From: Ranitomeya imitator
Lineage: Eukaryota
Length of the DNA stretch: 64,000 nt
Assembly: GCF_032444005.1 (NCBI RefSeq)
Contig: NC_091284.1
Span: forward strand, 415,090,001-415,154,000
Reading direction: 5' to 3'
Below the pieces are notes generated by a model that did not search any database, had not been told where the DNA came from, and was given only the letters and a program-made list of their open reading frames with translations. Of this stretch, positions 61,087 to 64,000 are shown one piece after another (position 1 is the first letter of the stretch; each line of letters begins with the position of its first letter). The translations under genes were made by a program, and so were the position numbers.

Positions 61087-61718
61087 AGGGACTCTGTCAC
61101 CTCCTCCAGCCGTTATAAACTAAAAGAGCCACCTTGTGCAGCAGCAATGCTGCATTCTAACAAGGTGGCTCTTTTAGTTTTTGGTGCAGTTATTGCCAAA
61201 ATAAAGCGTTTTATAATTTCGCCAAAATACCTTTCTTTAGACAGGGAGGCAGGTCTTAACCCCCCTGCTGGAAACGCCACACTGCCATCACTCAGATCTT
61301 CTGGGGCTCCGGGCGCCGCCCCCTCCACGCTGTTTTCCCATGAAATCCGGCGCCTGCGCTGTTTAGTACTGGCTGGTGCAGGCGCAGTGAGCTCTGGCCG
61401 TCTGACCTCACATGCAATCTTGCAGACTGCGCCTGTGCAGCCAGTACTAAACAGCGCAGGCGCCGGATTTCATGGGAAAACAGCGTGGAGGGGGCGGTGC
61501 CCCTGAAGATTTGAGTGACGGCAGTGTGGTGTTTCCAGCAGGGGGGTTAAGACCTGCCTCCCTGTCTAAAGACAGGTATTTAGGCGAAATTATAAAACGC
61601 TTTATTTTGGCAATAACTGCACCAAAAACTAAAAGAGCCACCTTGTTAGAATGCAGCATTACTGCTGCACAAGGTGGCTCTTTTAGTTTATAACGGCTGG
61701 AGGGGTGACAGTGGCCCT
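61087..61718. mobile_element. T2/Kolobok-like fold-back MITE
   Basis: TTAA TSDs; AGGGACTCTGTCACC / GGTGACAGTGGCCCT; long internal inverted halves. Confidence 0.88.
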
Positions 61719-61877
61719 TTAAGTAAGGAAGAAGAGGGTTTCATAAAACCTCTTCCTCTCACAACCCAGGCTTTTTGTAAGCGACCTCAACTGAACCACA
61801 CCTTATAATAAACACAAAGTGAACTGAACGATCTTGTTAGATATTTGATTCTGCGCTAAAGTAATTCTGAGCTCTTA

Positions 61878-62217
61878 GGGTATGTGCACACGTCAGGATT
61901 TCTAGCAGAAATTTTCCTGACAAAAACCTGACATTTCTGCCAGAAATCTGCATGCGTTTTATTTCACGTTTTTTCATGCGTTTGACACGTTTTTGGTGCG
62001 TTTTTTGTGCTTTTTTCCCCAAATGCATAGAATAGCGGGAAAAATGCAAAAAACACGCAAAATTAATGAACATGCTGCTTTTTTTACCACTTTTTTTTTT
62101 ATCATGTGCACAAAAATTGCAGAATGCATTCTAAATGATAGGATGCATATGTCTGTGGTTTCTAATGCAGTTTTATCGCATTTTTATTGCAAAAAACCTG
62201 AACGTGTGCACATACCC
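61878..62217. mobile_element. PIF/Harbinger MITE
   Basis: TTA/TAA flanks; GGGTATGTGCACACGT termini. Confidence 0.85.
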
Positions 62218-62220
62218 TAA

Positions 62221-62924
62221 AGGTACCGTCACACTGAACGATATCGCTAGCAATCCGTGACGTTGCAGCGTCCTGGCTAGCGATATCGTTCAGTTTGACA
62301 CGCAGCAGTGATCAGGATCCTGCTGTGATGTCGTTGGTGGCTGCAGAAAGTCCAGCACTTTATTTCGTCGCTGGACCTCCTGCAGACATCGCTGAATCGG
62401 CGTGTGTGACACCGATTCAGCAATGTCTTCACTGGTAACCAGGGTAAACATCGGGTTACTAAGTACAGGGCCGCGCTTAGTAACCCGATGTTTACCCTGG
62501 TTACCAGCGTAAAAGTAAAAAAAAACAAACACTACATACTTAGCTTCCGCTGTCTGTCCTCGGCGCTGTGCTTCTCTGCACTAGCTGTGAGCGCCGGCCA
62601 GTCGGAAAGCACAGCGGTGACGTCACCGCTCTGCTTTCCGGCCGCTGTGCTCAGTCAGTGCAGGAAAGCACAGCGCCGAGGACAGACAGCGGAAGGTAAG
62701 TATGTAGTGTTTGTTTTTTTTACTTTTACGATGGTAACCAGGGTAAACATCGGGTTACTAAGTGCGGCCCTGCGCTTAGTAACCCAATGTTTACCCTGGT
62801 TACCGGCATCGTTGGTCGCTGGAGAGCTGTCTGTGTGACAGCTCTCCAGCGACCAAACAGCGATGCTGCAGCGATCGACATCGTTGTCGGTATCGCTGCA
62901 GCGTCGCTTAGTGTGACGGTACCT
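62221..62924. mobile_element. PIF/Harbinger MITE abutting the previous one at a shared TAA
   Basis: AGGTACCGTCACAC / GTGTGACGGTACCT. Confidence 0.85.
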
Positions 62925-63228
62925 TTAGGTTTCAGGCTACAGCAGTGTAATCTCCTAGCCAGAGATGTTCAGATTTCTTTGTTCCACAAGCATGATAAAG
63001 ATCTTGTCCAATACTTTTTCATGGAGGGCGATCTTGTAGCATGCAACAGTATCAATGGAAGCTCTGAAAATAAGTAAAAATCCAGAGGAATGGAGGCTCT
63101 TCATCGATTCGTCAAAAACAAGCCTAAACGCAGTCTTGCTGCATAATGGTAATGAGCACCCTCAATTGGTTATGCAGTCCACATGAAAAATCTATGAGAA
63201 CATGAAATGGCTGTTGAGGTGTGTGAAT

Positions 63229-64000
63229 CAGAGGCGTAGCTAGGGGTTTGGTTCAGGGGATGGGGGTGGGGATGTCTTCTGAGTGGGCCCCTAACCATGT
63301 AACTCTGATTACAACTATGGTGGCACACCCCAATAGTGGACGTAGGAGAACCTCAGCAGATAACTGAGCTGTTCATAGAAAAAAAACTAAAAATTTCTAT
63401 ACAAAGACCAACACTGATATTACTGCCACATGGTGACCATATGGTGGCAGATACCAATGTTGCAGAATATTTAAGATTACAGTTATTGATTGTGACTTAC
63501 AAATGACTTTCTTTCTGGTAAAATCGTTCCCTTTTCTCTCTGGCCAAGACCAACATGGCAACTTCTTCCAGCCACAACTCGGCTGCAGAGATTAAAACAA
63601 AGACACATATTACCTCTCATTTCAGGCCATCTCAATCTATTCTTAACCTACTGATTCCTCAATGCTGAGCCGCTGCTGCCGCAGTATGTGTCCCTATTAT
63701 AGCACCTGCTGTGTGGTACTGTGTGCCCTGTAATTTTCCTCCTACTGGAGCCCTAGATTCCCCTTTCATTGCACTCTAAAGTATGATGTCAACAAAAGTT
63801 CCCCACAAAGACTAAAGATACCCCTACAACGAATTCCTCCACGTGCACAGTATGATGACCCTACTGTACCACACCGGTCAACTGCCCCGGAAAACTATGG
63901 TGACCCCAACAGTATGATCCCCAACTGTGAAGCTCACATGCACACCTCTCTATGAAGTATAATGGGCCTACATACAATATAATGGCCCCCACACAAACCT
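63229..64000 (+). mobile_element. Probable hAT-type non-autonomous element running off the window
   Basis: Starts CAGAGGCGTAGCTAGGGG and truncates the Chapaev-like ORF; second end not visible. Confidence 0.4.

Larger units (their letters stand above)
60682..63230 (+). pseudogene. Chapaev3-like (CMC) transposase fossil, split by three MITEs
   Basis: DNFCYIC...YFG..IGDQDKS..PH...MPFAVPMIWR...C.FC...YPNSPSAIRPVPH (60682-61072), then LGFRLQQCNLL...FFMEGDLVAC and EEWRLFIDSSKTSLNAVLLHNGN (62928-63230); family assignment is from memory. Confidence 0.68.

Overview
Vertebrate genomic DNA. The repeat families suggest an amphibian, probably an anuran (inference). The only host gene I can support is CAP1 (adenylyl cyclase-associated protein 1) on the minus strand. 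It has 12 coding exons (566-22422, 1437 nt, 478 aa, all introns GT-AG) and a probable non-coding first exon in a CpG island at about 24.1 kb. The rest is a dense, heavily nested transposon landscape. It includes five Tc1/mariner copies plus fragments (one with an uninterrupted DD34E ORF), two opposed copies of a TTAA-targeting element built from ~390-bp tandem units (one carrying TTAGGG-like repeats beside an assembly gap), an L2 LINE, a tRNA-derived SINE, a two-gene PIF/Harbinger fossil with many matching MITEs, a Chapaev3-like transposase fossil and Penelope-like (GIY-YIG) fragments. The most unusual observations are (i) a pol-less LTR element whose single decayed ORF encodes an apparent cold-shock domain, and whose LTRs contain both ends of its tRNA-Ser(CGA) primer at tRNA-like spacing, and (ii) four minimal hammerhead-ribozyme motifs, including a U3-A8 covariant core. 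All calls were made by eye; no database searches were run.
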